Both the position numbers and the translations under genes were made by a program. Below, piece after piece: positions 29,983-39,608 of a stretch of 64,000 nt of DNA; positions within the stretch are counted from its first letter, which is position 1; each line of letters begins with the position of its first letter. This stretch comes from an uncultured Candidatus Saccharibacteria bacterium (GTDB taxonomy: Bacteria; Patescibacteriota; Minisyncoccia; Phycocordibacterales; UBA9973): assembly GCA_964482735.1 (NCBI GenBank), contig CAYZYV010000002.1:22061-86060 (forward strand), in the 5' to 3' direction. The notes under the pieces are model-generated. The model ran no database searches. It worked only from the letters and a program-made list of their open reading frames with translations, and was not told the DNA's origin.

Positions 29983-30591
29983 TTATCGACTATAAAACTC
30001 GAGCACAGTGTTGAGATCAATAAAGCCCTCAGTGTTTTTTGGTTTACCTTGGATTTTACCTGTTAGGCTCTCAACATTAAATGTTAGCCAGTTAGGACAA
30101 TTATAATCTTTTGTTTTGTTAGCCATATCACTAAACAAAACACTCTTTTTGCTACCTTCTCTTATGGATACAACATCACCAATCTTTACTTTGTGAGATG
30201 GAATAGTTGTTTTAACTCCATTTACAACAATGTGTCCATGGGAAACCATCTGACGTGCTAGTCTTCTTGAGTTAGTTAATCCAAATCTGTAAACTACGTT
30301 ATCTAGTCTGTTTTCTAAACTATCATAAAGAGTATCAACTGCGGATGCACCTTTCTTCTCCACTGCTTCTTTTACGTAATTAGAAAATTGTTTTTCGCTC
30401 AATCCATACATGAAGCGAACTTTTTGTTTCTCGATAAATTGTTGAGCGTAACCAGAAAGAGGCTTAGGTCTTTTATTCTTAGCATTTTTAGCGTGGCGAG
30501 CTTCTGATTGTGCAAACTTAGCAGTTTGACATTTTTCAAAAACGCCAGCTCCTAATCTTCTTCCTATTTTATACTTTTTGACTGTTTTCAT
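29983..30591 (-). CDS. rpsD: 30S ribosomal protein S4
   Basis: EKQK.R..YG..E.QF, LE.RLDNVVYR, ARQ.V.HGH, EFYSR. Confidence 0.98.
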   Translation of the reverse strand: MKTVKKYKIGRRLGAGVFEKCQTAKFAQSEARHAKNAKNKRPKPLSGYAQQFIEKQKVRFMYGLSEKQFSNYVKEAVEKKGASAVDTLYDSLENRLDNVVYRFGLTNSRRLARQMVSHGHIVVNGVKTTIPSHKVKIGDVVSIREGSKKSVLFSDMANKTKDYNCPNWLTFNVESLTGKIQGKPKNTEGFIDLNTVLEFYSR

Positions 30592-30596
30592 ACTTT

Positions 30597-31043
30597 TTAT
30601 ACTCTTCTAGGTTTCTTAGGTTTAGGTCCATTGTGTGGAACAGGTGTCATGTCTTTAATGTCTGTAATTTCAATATCTAAAGCCATGAAAGCACGAATGG
30701 TAGGTTCACGACCGCTACCTACACCTTTAACGACAACGTTTACGTCTTTGATTCCTAAAGCTTTAGCTTTTTCTCCAACGATTGATCCAGCTTTAGAAGC
30801 AGCAAAAGGGGTTCCTTTTTTTGCACCCTTGAATCCAAGAGAACCTGCTGATGTCCAAAACAAAACATTACCTTCTTTATCAGACAAAACAACTTTAGTG
30901 TTATTGAAAGTAGCTTCTACGTTTAAAGTTCCAGAAACTATTTTTTTCTTAGGAGTTCTAGATGAAGCTTTTGGGGTATTTTCACTCACTACTGAATCAT
31001 CTACTTTGTCTTCTTTTTTTGTTACAATTTTTATCTTTCCCAT
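30597..31043 (-). CDS. rpsK: 30S ribosomal protein S11
   Basis: TFNNT, GFKG.KK.TPFAA, G.GRE, PHNG. Confidence 0.98.
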   Translation of the reverse strand: MGKIKIVTKKEDKVDDSVVSENTPKASSRTPKKKIVSGTLNVEATFNNTKVVLSDKEGNVLFWTSAGSLGFKGAKKGTPFAASKAGSIVGEKAKALGIKDVNVVVKGVGSGREPTIRAFMALDIEITDIKDMTPVPHNGPKPKKPRRV

Positions 31044-31077
31044 AGTTACTAAGTTAATAATAAGATTAAATTAAATT

Positions 31078-31458
31078 CTAAGTTTTTTCAGCCTTTCTTC
31101 TACCGCTTCCCATAGTTTTTCTTGCGTTACCTCGAACGGTTCTAGAATTTGTTTTAGTTCTTTGTCCCTTAGTTGGTAATTTGTGCATATGTCTCAACCC
31201 CCTATATGCTTTAACATCTTTCAATCTTTTTATATTAGCAGCAATTTCTCTTTTTAGAGTTCCCTCGATTGTAAGAGATTCTATTATCTTTCTGATTGCA
31301 TTTTCTTCATCTACAGACAATGTATCTGCTTTTCTATCTTTATCAACTCCTGCATCTTTTAATATCTGTCTAGCTCTTGAAATACCGATACCATAAAGGC
31401 ATGTTAGACCAACGTCAAGATGTTTATTATTCGGAATAGTTATACCTAGTATTCTCAT
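31078..31458 (-). CDS. rpsM: 30S ribosomal protein S13
   Basis: YGIG, YRG.RH...LP..GQRTKTNSRT. Confidence 0.98.
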   Translation of the reverse strand: MRILGITIPNNKHLDVGLTCLYGIGISRARQILKDAGVDKDRKADTLSVDEENAIRKIIESLTIEGTLKREIAANIKRLKDVKAYRGLRHMHKLPTKGQRTKTNSRTVRGNARKTMGSGRRKAEKT

Positions 31459-31466
31459 ATCTAAAA

Positions 31467-31577
31467 TTATTGTTTTTGTTTATGTTTAGGGTTAGAACAA
31501 ATAATACGAAGATGACCACTTCGTTTTACCATTTTACAGTCCTTACAAATTTTTTTTACTGCTGCTTTAATTTTCAT
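31467..31577 (-). CDS. rpmJ: 50S ribosomal protein L36 (absent from the ORF track)
   Basis: Manual translation [36 protein letters not shown]; CxxC...C...H zinc ribbon. Confidence 0.96.
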   Translation of the reverse strand: MKIKAAVKKICKDCKMVKRSGHLRIICSNPKHKQKQ

Positions 31578-31652
31578 AATTTATTTACAAAAAAATGACA
31601 ACAAATACAAAGGTTTTTAACCCTCTATACTTGTTTGAACATACGACTTTTC

Positions 31653-31681
31653 ATACTACACTATTTTTATAAAATAAGCAA
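31653..31681 (-). promoter_or_regulatory. Promoter for the rpmJ-rpsM-rpoA cluster
   Basis: TTGCTT-17-TAGTAT on the minus strand. Confidence 0.55.
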
Positions 31682-31688
31682 GACCTTA

Positions 31689-31904
31689 TTAGGTTCTTTT
31701 GACTATTCGTCCCTTGCCTCCGTACGGATCTATGAGAACATCAACCCTGTCCCCAACTAAAACCTTAATCCTATTCATTCTCATTCTACCTGATAAATAA
31801 GAAAGAACTGTTTTATCATCACCCAAACTGACCCTAAATAAGGTGTTTGGCAATGCTTCTATCACAGTTCCTGATACTATATTATTTTCGTCTTTTTTAA
31901 TCAT
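31689..31904 (-). CDS. infA: Translation initiation factor IF-1
   Basis: G.V.EALPN..FRV.L, SGRMR...I..L.GD.V. Confidence 0.96.
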   Translation of the reverse strand: MIKKDENNIVSGTVIEALPNTLFRVSLGDDKTVLSYLSGRMRMNRIKVLVGDRVDVLIDPYGGKGRIVKRT

Positions 31905-31946
31905 TTAGTTTTAGAAGTATAACAAAAATTACAAAACACGTCAAAC

Positions 31947-33290
31947 TTATTGAATTTTTATATTTATTTTAGAAGGATTATTTGGAATATATTTATTCCA
32001 AGGCGGAAAAATCTTGACTAGAGCCTTATCAATACCCCTGTCTTGTCTAAAAATAGGTAGAACTTCATTTTTAGGAGTTCCAGATAATTTACTTTTCAAG
32101 GTTTCTTTGTCGGGATTCCAAACTACTTCGAGTGTCCCCGTTAAACTGAAATCAAAGTTCTCCATATCCTTAGAAATCTCTTGAGCATTTACAAAACTAA
32201 AATTAAGTTCTTTGATTCCATTTATAATAATTTCTTCCATCTCTTTTTCAGTAACGTCTGGCATCGAAACCCTCGTTATATTTTTAATCAAGGAATCCTC
32301 CTTTATCAATACAGCAGAAAGTATTCCTTCTATAGGAACTTTAGCTTCTGCGGTTTCTGATAAAATTCCACTGTCTATCTTGTAATTAAAGTTAATCGAA
32401 CCAGGATACAATATATAACCAGAAGGCAAGAGAGCTTTTATCTTAGAAAATAGTTCATTTTTAAAAGATGATTCTGCTATTTGTTTCAATTTTACGACAT
32501 CTTCTTCGCTGACATAATAGACCATTCCTTGCAATCCTCCTTTTAATTCCTGGTCTAATTTTCCGTAAATTTTACTATACTTAGTTGTTCCTTTAAAAGA
32601 ATTTATAAAGAATTTCTCAGGTGCCCCATTATAGTTTTCTCCAGCCAAGAATGATGTGACACCAACCTTAACCTGCCCAGGTATTTTTTTCTGTTTATCT
32701 ATTTTATAACCAGGAATTACTACTGAGCTGTCCAATCTGTATGTTTTACCTTCTTGATCACTTATATATGTCCCCTTCGATAATTTTTCTGGTTTAGTAC
32801 TAAATTCATTGTATAGAATAATAGAACCTGTGGCCTTAGAAGAAACCTCTTTACTCTCTGTCAAAATATAATCTTTCTGTTTTTTCTCTGATTCTATCAT
32901 TATCTCAAAATCAACAGAGTTCTTATCTAATTTTCTATTAGCCATAAAAACTTTTGACTTGTAATCAATAGTTTGATGCTTTGCAGTGATGGTTACATAA
33001 GCACTACTAAATAGAACTCCAAACCAATAAATTAGTCCAAGAATAAGAGATAGGAAAAATAGAATTTTTAAAAAACCACAAACTGGTTTTCGAGAATGTT
33101 CTCTGGGTGTAATGCTAATCCTTCTTCTGCTTCTAGGTGGCTTTGTCTTGGAAATGGAAACTCCTTCTTTTTTTACAGAATCAGGAATGGCAAAACCGAC
33201 AGTTTCTTCTTTTAGAGTCTGTGCTTTGGGGGTTGTTTTTTGGATAGGAGATTTTTTAATTTTAATGTCCTCTATTAAAATCTTTTTCAT
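31947..33290 (-). CDS. Bitopic membrane protein with baseplate-J/gp47-like extracellular region
   Basis: Basic N-terminus, one TM, KATG.I..YN, .IPG, G..YN, GG, C-terminal P.W...P.....I.I. Confidence 0.6.
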   Translation of the reverse strand: MKKILIEDIKIKKSPIQKTTPKAQTLKEETVGFAIPDSVKKEGVSISKTKPPRSRRRISITPREHSRKPVCGFLKILFFLSLILGLIYWFGVLFSSAYVTITAKHQTIDYKSKVFMANRKLDKNSVDFEIMIESEKKQKDYILTESKEVSSKATGSIILYNEFSTKPEKLSKGTYISDQEGKTYRLDSSVVIPGYKIDKQKKIPGQVKVGVTSFLAGENYNGAPEKFFINSFKGTTKYSKIYGKLDQELKGGLQGMVYYVSEEDVVKLKQIAESSFKNELFSKIKALLPSGYILYPGSINFNYKIDSGILSETAEAKVPIEGILSAVLIKEDSLIKNITRVSMPDVTEKEMEEIIINGIKELNFSFVNAQEISKDMENFDFSLTGTLEVVWNPDKETLKSKLSGTPKNEVLPIFRQDRGIDKALVKIFPPWNKYIPNNPSKINIKIQ

Positions 33291-34462
33291 TTTAATTTTT
33301 TAGATAAAGCAACGGCTTCTATCATTATAAAAGGATCATTACAACCTTCTTTTAAATCACACTTGTCTATCATTTCTTCGGTGTCTAAAATAATTGTTTC
33401 AAACTTTTTGCCAAGGGTGATGTTGTTAGAAAACTCGGTTTTTTTGAAAACTTCAAAAAACCACTTTCTCATATCATTATCAATTGTTAAAAACATAACA
33501 CTTGGGAGATTATGGTATTTTGGAATTTTGGTTAAACATTTTTTAAGTTCTTCACTCCAGTATCTTTCGGCTGATTCAAAATGTTTTCTGAATTTTTCTT
33601 GATGATCTAATGTTAGGTTTTTTTGGTAATATAATTTAAAAAGTTCATAAGCATCTCTTTCTTCTATCTTTAATTCGGTTGCTATTTTTTTAAGCAATGT
33701 CTTTTTACCGAACGGAAAAGAGAATTTTTCAGCAAAAATTCCATTGTTAACTACACTTAAATCAGTGGTTTTTCCAGCAATATCTAAAATAAGGTGTGAT
33801 CCGCACCCTGGATAATTATCTCTAATCATTAAGTAAGTTAGTATAGAAAATGCAGAAACAGAAACAGTTGAATTGTGAAATACATCGGTAAGGACTTCTT
33901 TTGCTTTATTTATAAAATCTTTATCAGCAAACGAGTACGACAAGCTTAGATCTAGGAATTGGCATTTTTCTCCAACTGGATTTTCCAAAGGTTTGTCATC
34001 TAGGCTCACTTCTGTAACTAATTTTTCGATGATTTCTTTTTCACTCAAATATCTTTCTTTTAGACTGTTAGAGATAACATATATTTCTTTTTTAAGTAAT
34101 TCATCTAAAATCTTTTTTGTTACCTTAAAAGGAATCTTTTTGCTAAAGTTAATCTTCTTTGTTTCTGAATGACACCATGGAGTCGTAATGACACAGATTA
34201 CTTCATCTAGTTTACCTATCTTTTTATTAAAAAGTTCAAGTGCTGTTCTCTTTAGTGTGTTAATAGCTTCTTTACCGAATTCTTTTTCACTGCCACCTTT
34301 TATATCTCTCATTTCCAGTCTAACAGAATCTAAAACCACAGGAATATCATCTTCTTTGTCCCATTTTAATAAGACACGACTACCACACACACTAGTAGAA
34401 CCAACATCAAAAATGGCAATGATTCTATCTTTTTCTTTTTTAGTTTTGAAAAATATTCCCAT
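33287..34462 (-). CDS. Divergent FtsA/PilM-like actin-fold protein
   Basis: IFDVGSTSV (phosphate 1), LILDIAGKTTD (phosphate 2), FPFG.... Confidence 0.7.
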   Translation of the reverse strand: MGIFFKTKKEKDRIIAIFDVGSTSVCGSRVLLKWDKEDDIPVVLDSVRLEMRDIKGGSEKEFGKEAINTLKRTALELFNKKIGKLDEVICVITTPWCHSETKKINFSKKIPFKVTKKILDELLKKEIYVISNSLKERYLSEKEIIEKLVTEVSLDDKPLENPVGEKCQFLDLSLSYSFADKDFINKAKEVLTDVFHNSTVSVSAFSILTYLMIRDNYPGCGSHLILDIAGKTTDLSVVNNGIFAEKFSFPFGKKTLLKKIATELKIEERDAYELFKLYYQKNLTLDHQEKFRKHFESAERYWSEELKKCLTKIPKYHNLPSVMFLTIDNDMRKWFFEVFKKTEFSNNITLGKKFETIILDTEEMIDKCDLKEGCNDPFIMIEAVALSKKLK

Positions 34463-34504
34463 ACGGAGATATTATACTACATATTTAATAAAAATATTAA
34501 TATC

Positions 34505-36247
34505 TTACTCGATATTTGCTTTTATTCTTCTTATACCTGAAGCTACGGCTTCTTCTTTTAAGATTTTAAAATGTCCTAGCGATGAGATGTCTTCTACGTG
34601 TGGTCCTCCACAAAATTCTTTAGAGTAGATTCTCCCATTTTCGTCTTGAGCAAAATAAACAGATACAACCTCTGGATATTTAGCTCCAAATTCCATTTCC
34701 GCTCCTATTTTAACTGCTTCTTCTAGCGGCATCTCCCTCCTTACCATTTTAAGATTCAAATTTATTTTTTCATTTACCCAATCTTCTACTTTTTGTTTTT
34801 CTTCTTCTGTAAGCTTTCTATCAAAATTAAAATCAAGACGTAGTCTCTCTTCGGTAATATTACTACCTTTTTGTTTGATATCTTGGCTTATTAGATTTTG
34901 CAAAGCTGCTAATAATAAATGATGGGCAGTGTGTAATTTTGTTGTTCTTTCACTGTGATTAGCTAACCCACCTTTGAACATTTGGGTACTTGATTCTCTT
35001 GAAAGATCTTGATGTTCTTTTAATTTTAAATCAAACTGATTTCTGTCTATAGTTAGACATTTTTCTTTTGCTATTTCTTCGGTAAGTTCTATAGGAAAAC
35101 CGTATGTGGTAAATAAAATAAATGGATCTGTGCCTTTTTCAAATTCTTTCAATCCTTTTTCTAGTGTTTTACGGAATTTATTTTCTTCTTTTAATATCTC
35201 GTTTTTAATAAGATCTTTGTTGTTTTTAAGTTCAGTATAAAAATCACCATAATTATTACTAATCAAATCAGATATTTGAGTTAAATCTATATTGAGCTTA
35301 ATTTGATCCTTAAATCTTATGACTCTTCTTAAAATCCTTCTTAAAACATAACCTCTACCACTATTGCTAGGCATAACTCCATCACCTATCATAAAGACAG
35401 CAGATCTCATGTGGTCTGAGATTATTCTTATCACTCGTTCATCTTTTATTTCTGAGTTTTCTTTTATTAAAGAAATAATATTTGTAAATAGATCTGTATC
35501 AAAAACAGTTTTACCGCTTTGTGAGACCATGCAAATTCTCTCTAATCCCATTCCAGTATCGACATTATGCTGTGCTAATTTACCAATAACAACTCCATCT
35601 TTCTTCTCATATTGCATGAAAACATTATTCCATATTTCAATCACCTTACCTTTATTATCAGCTTCTACAAACTCATCGTGCGATAAATTTCCAATTGGCT
35701 CTTCGTTCGTATCATAAAAAATTTCAGTATCAGGTCCACAAGGTCCATTGTCTCCGGCACTCCACCAATTATTTTTTGCTGGAAGATAGTAAATTCTATC
35801 TTTAGGCAAATATTTTTGCCATATAAGAGCTGCTTCTTCGTCTCTCGGAGCATTTTCATCGCCAGCAAAGACTGTCACATAAAGTCGATTTTTGTCTAAA
35901 CCAAGTCCCTCATCTTTATTAGTTAAAAATTCAAAACTCCACTTGATAGCTTCTTCTTTGAAGTAATCTCCGAGAGACCAGTTACCTAGCATTTCAAAAA
36001 AGGTAAGATGTCGATTGTCCCCAACATCTTCAATATCTCCTGTTCTGACGCATTTTTGAACATCAGCAATTCTATTTCCCATTGGATGTTTTTGTCCTAA
36101 TAGATAAGGGACAAGAGGTTGCATTCCAGCAGTGTTAAAAAGCACAGAAGGATCATTTTCTGGTATTAAAGAAGCAGAAGGTATTATTTTGTGGTTTCGG
36201 TTCTTGAAAAAATCAAGAAAACGATTTCTGATATCTATTGAATTCAT
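34505..36247 (-). CDS. alaS: Alanine-tRNA ligase, compact form without C-Ala
   Basis: F..AGMQ, H.TFFEMLGNWS.GDYFK, VDTGMGLER, HTAHH and CGGPH editing motifs, GIRRI. Confidence 0.96.
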   Translation of the reverse strand: MNSIDIRNRFLDFFKNRNHKIIPSASLIPENDPSVLFNTAGMQPLVPYLLGQKHPMGNRIADVQKCVRTGDIEDVGDNRHLTFFEMLGNWSLGDYFKEEAIKWSFEFLTNKDEGLGLDKNRLYVTVFAGDENAPRDEEAALIWQKYLPKDRIYYLPAKNNWWSAGDNGPCGPDTEIFYDTNEEPIGNLSHDEFVEADNKGKVIEIWNNVFMQYEKKDGVVIGKLAQHNVDTGMGLERICMVSQSGKTVFDTDLFTNIISLIKENSEIKDERVIRIISDHMRSAVFMIGDGVMPSNSGRGYVLRRILRRVIRFKDQIKLNIDLTQISDLISNNYGDFYTELKNNKDLIKNEILKEENKFRKTLEKGLKEFEKGTDPFILFTTYGFPIELTEEIAKEKCLTIDRNQFDLKLKEHQDLSRESSTQMFKGGLANHSERTTKLHTAHHLLLAALQNLISQDIKQKGSNITEERLRLDFNFDRKLTEEEKQKVEDWVNEKINLNLKMVRREMPLEEAVKIGAEMEFGAKYPEVVSVYFAQDENGRIYSKEFCGGPHVEDISSLGHFKILKEEAVASGIRRIKANIE

Positions 36248-36254
36248 AAAATTT

Positions 36255-36740
36255 TTAGTTAATATCAGGTTCTATAGAATTCTCTTGATATTTTTTAGAT
36301 TTTTTAATAGCTGTTTCTACAAACCAAAGAGCGATAAAAATAAATAAAGTCAGAATAGTTGCGATGATTGCAAGTTTAAATAGACCAAAGCCGACGGCCA
36401 TACCGATACCTGCTGATACCCAAAGACTAGTTGCTGTGGTTATACCTGTTTGTATAGTATCTCTCGAAAAAATAACACCAGTACCAATAAAACCAATACC
36501 GGTAATTATTTGAGAAGCTATTCTCAATGGGTCTACACTTCCAAAACTTGAATAATAATTAGCTATTGTTTGGGAAATTATTATAAAAAGAGCAGAACCC
36601 ATAGATACAAGAGCAAATGTTCGCATCCCGGCTGTTTTCTTAGCCCAAACCCGTTCTACTCCAATAATAACACCTAGTATTAAAGCTACTGATAATTTAA
36701 TAATCATATCTCCTGTGGCTACATTTAATATATTTTCCAT
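36255..36740 (-). CDS. MgtC/SapB family membrane protein
   Basis: IG.ER, AG.RT..LV, DP.RI..Q...GIGF.G.G, G.TTA..LW. Confidence 0.92.
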   Translation of the reverse strand: MENILNVATGDMIIKLSVALILGVIIGVERVWAKKTAGMRTFALVSMGSALFIIISQTIANYYSSFGSVDPLRIASQIITGIGFIGTGVIFSRDTIQTGITTATSLWVSAGIGMAVGFGLFKLAIIATILTLFIFIALWFVETAIKKSKKYQENSIEPDIN

Positions 36741-36763
36741 ACATAACTATTATATCAAATTTT

Positions 36764-37852
36764 TTAATCAGCGACACCACCCCCTAGGCAAATATCATTT
36801 TCATATAAAACCAACGACTGTCCTGCATCAATTTTTAATTCATTTTTAAAAGTAACAAGTGCATTATGGTCATCAACATTTTTAACGTAACAATCGACTA
36901 ATTCTCCATGATATCTTATTTGTGCCTGGTATTTTTTCTTCTCGTCTGGTTTATATGATATCCAGTTAGTATTACTTATGTTTATCATAATCAGTCCTTT
37001 TTCTTTACCTGAAAAAACAGGAGATTTCTCAGACACTGTGATGGTATTTGCAGAAATGTTTTTAGATACAACATATAAAGGTTTAGAAGCCTTACACTCT
37101 TTTTTAATTGTAAAACCATGTCTTTCACCTATCGTAAAAAAGACAGCTCCATCGTGAGTTCCTATTGCTTCCCCTTTTTCATTTAAAATATCACCTTGCT
37201 TGGTTTGTATGTAGTGTTGCAGAAAAACTTTCATATCTAATGGACCCAAAAAACATACACCCTGACTATCTTTCTTTTCGGCGTTTGGTAACTTATACTT
37301 TTTAGCCAGAGTTCTTACTTCCTTCTTTTTTAAATCACCTAATGGAAATAAGGCATGTTCCAAATCTTCTTGTTTTAAAGTCCACAAAAAATAAACCTGA
37401 TCTTTCCCTTCGTCTTTATTCTTTTTTAATAGATATTTATTATCTTTTATTTCCTTTTTTACATAATGTCCTGTTGCGATAAAATCTGCACCTTTTTGTT
37501 TGGCAAAATTCCAAAAGACTCCAAATTTAACCTCACGGTTACACATTACATCTGGATTTGGAGTTCTCCCGTTTTTGTACTCATCTATCATATAGTTCGC
37601 AACACCTTTCTCGTATTCTTTTTCAGCATTACACTCTAAAAAAGGAATTTCTAGATAAGCACAGACTCTCATCGCATCTCTCCTCTCATCTCGCCATGTA
37701 CAATTAATAAAATCAGGAGCCCATGTTCGGATAAAAACACCAACTACGTTGTAACCCTGTTGTTTTAGTATCAAAGCGGCTACGGCACTATCTACACCAC
37801 CGGAAACTCCGACAAAAACTGTTTTGTTTTTTACTTTTGTTTTTTTGACCAT
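36764..37852 (-). CDS. mnmA: tRNA 2-thiouridylase
   Basis: SGGVDS, G.TPNPD..CN..VKF, ATGHY, KDQ.YFL, DSQG.CF. Confidence 0.97.
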   Translation of the reverse strand: MVKKTKVKNKTVFVGVSGGVDSAVAALILKQQGYNVVGVFIRTWAPDFINCTWRDERRDAMRVCAYLEIPFLECNAEKEYEKGVANYMIDEYKNGRTPNPDVMCNREVKFGVFWNFAKQKGADFIATGHYVKKEIKDNKYLLKKNKDEGKDQVYFLWTLKQEDLEHALFPLGDLKKKEVRTLAKKYKLPNAEKKDSQGVCFLGPLDMKVFLQHYIQTKQGDILNEKGEAIGTHDGAVFFTIGERHGFTIKKECKASKPLYVVSKNISANTITVSEKSPVFSGKEKGLIMINISNTNWISYKPDEKKKYQAQIRYHGELVDCYVKNVDDHNALVTFKNELKIDAGQSLVLYENDICLGGGVAD

Positions 37853-38709
37853 CTTGCAAATATACCACAAGGCAATAAAATATCACTATTTTTCTGTTTA
37901 ATAACTATTTCTCCTCCTTCAATTAACCCATCTTTACCAGAAAAGATTTTTTGTAAATTATTTTGATAAACGATATTGGAATACCCAGCTGTATAACCAT
38001 TAATTAGGAAAAAGATGGGGTTGTCTGATAATAATTGTTTACATAAGTCTAATAATTCTAAAAACCCTTCTTCTATTTTCCATAATTCATCTTTTGGCCC
38101 ATGTCCAAAAGATGGAGGGTCCATAATTATAGCATCGTATCTATTCCCTCTTTTAATTTCTCTTTTAAGAAACAATATAGCATCGTCTATGATCCAACGT
38201 ATTTTTGAATTTTCTAAACCAGATAACTTCGCATTTTCTCGAGCCCATGCAACTGAATTTTTAGAAGCGTCTACGTGACAAACAGAAGCTCCAGCTCTAG
38301 CACACACCATAGAGGCACCTCCAGTGTAAGCAAAAAGGTTTAATACATTTATCTCGTTACGATTTTTCTTCTCTTTTTTTATTATTTCTTCCATCCAAGA
38401 CCAATTAACAACCTGTTCTGGAAATAGTCCGACATGTTTAAATGAAGTGGGTCTTAAGCTAAATATCAAATCAAAATATTTGATATTCCAATTTTTAGGA
38501 GAACCTTGTTTTATCTTCCAAGTACCAGTTTTACCGCTTCTTTCATAATAAAAATCAGAATTTATCCAATCCTTTGTTTCTAAACTCTTTGTCCAAAGAC
38601 TTTCTTTATCTGGTCTTGCTAATAAAAATTTTCCAAATCTTTCTAATTTCTCTCCAAGCCCTGAATCTATTAATTCATACTCTTTTTGTTCTGGTGTAAC
38701 GATTAACAT
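37831..38709 (-). CDS. Class I SAM-dependent (RlmI/RlmK-like) RNA methyltransferase
   Basis: GLFPEQ, VLNLFAYTGG, HVDAS, MDPPSF. Confidence 0.88.
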   Translation of the reverse strand: MLIVTPEQKEYELIDSGLGEKLERFGKFLLARPDKESLWTKSLETKDWINSDFYYERSGKTGTWKIKQGSPKNWNIKYFDLIFSLRPTSFKHVGLFPEQVVNWSWMEEIIKKEKKNRNEINVLNLFAYTGGASMVCARAGASVCHVDASKNSVAWARENAKLSGLENSKIRWIIDDAILFLKREIKRGNRYDAIIMDPPSFGHGPKDELWKIEEGFLELLDLCKQLLSDNPIFFLINGYTAGYSNIVYQNNLQKIFSGKDGLIEGGEIVIKQKNSDILLPCGIFARWSKKQK

Positions 38710-38712
38710 GTT

Positions 38713-39606
38713 TTATTTTAAATATAGATTGATATTTTTTTTGTGTTCTTCGTAATCTTTAGCATAATAGACATTCCCTTCTTTATCATGGAGATAATAT
38801 AGGTAGTTTGAATCTACAGGATCTATTGCTGCTTTTATTGAACTTAAGCCAGGATTATTTAACGGTTTTTGTGGTAAACCTTTGTTTTTATAAGTTTCTT
38901 TATCTACATCTACCTGCAAAGGCATATTTAAGGTTAATCTTTTCCAAAGAATACCAGAAATAACTCTGTTGTCTTTATCACCGTTAGCTTCTCCCTCAAG
39001 GATAGAAGCCATCACTAAGATATCGTTTAAATTCTTACCAGTTTCTTTTATTTTGTCTACGAGTGGAATAATTCGATTGTTAAAATTATTTTTAAGTTCT
39101 TTTACTATTTCATCTTCTGTAGTAAGCGGAAAGAAAAAGTAAGAGTCTGGGAAAAGTTTACCGTCCAGGTCTTTTGATAATTCAAGGAAGATATTTTTAT
39201 CGAAGTTGTTTAACTTTTGGTCTAATAACTCTGCAATATCCTGATTGCTCAAGCCTTCTCTAATAGTAATCTTAATTGGTTTAATCTTGTGGTTGTTGGT
39301 TTTAAGTTGCAATAAAACTTCTACAAGCGAAGAATTTTTTTCAAATAGATAGTCTCCGGTTCGTAAATTTATGTTAGACACTTTAGCTACCAAAGTAAAT
39401 AGTTTTGGGAATTTAATTACCCCCTTATCATTTAATATCTTTATCGTATCTGTTAAAGGTTGATTGTTCGAAACATGTATTATTTGTTGTTCTTTTACGG
39501 GAGAAAAAAATAGAATAAAACCTAACAACAAGACAAACAAAATCATAAAGAAGATAATTTTGTAAAATCCTAAATTTTTTGTTTTTTTTGTATTATTTGG
39601 TTCCAT
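38713..39606 (-). CDS. mltG: Endolytic transglycosylase MltG
   Basis: TI.EG, G.LFPD.Y, ASI.E.E, MPLQ.D, GLP..P..NPG. Confidence 0.92.
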   Translation of the reverse strand: MEPNNTKKTKNLGFYKIIFFMILFVLLLGFILFFSPVKEQQIIHVSNNQPLTDTIKILNDKGVIKFPKLFTLVAKVSNINLRTGDYLFEKNSSLVEVLLQLKTNNHKIKPIKITIREGLSNQDIAELLDQKLNNFDKNIFLELSKDLDGKLFPDSYFFFPLTTEDEIVKELKNNFNNRIIPLVDKIKETGKNLNDILVMASILEGEANGDKDNRVISGILWKRLTLNMPLQVDVDKETYKNKGLPQKPLNNPGLSSIKAAIDPVDSNYLYYLHDKEGNVYYAKDYEEHKKNINLYLK

Positions 39607-39608
39607 AA

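Noticed and set aside
31947-33290. Prophage or contractile injection system
   Set aside because: No sheath, tube, capsid, terminase or other phage genes nearby; the protein has a TM anchor.
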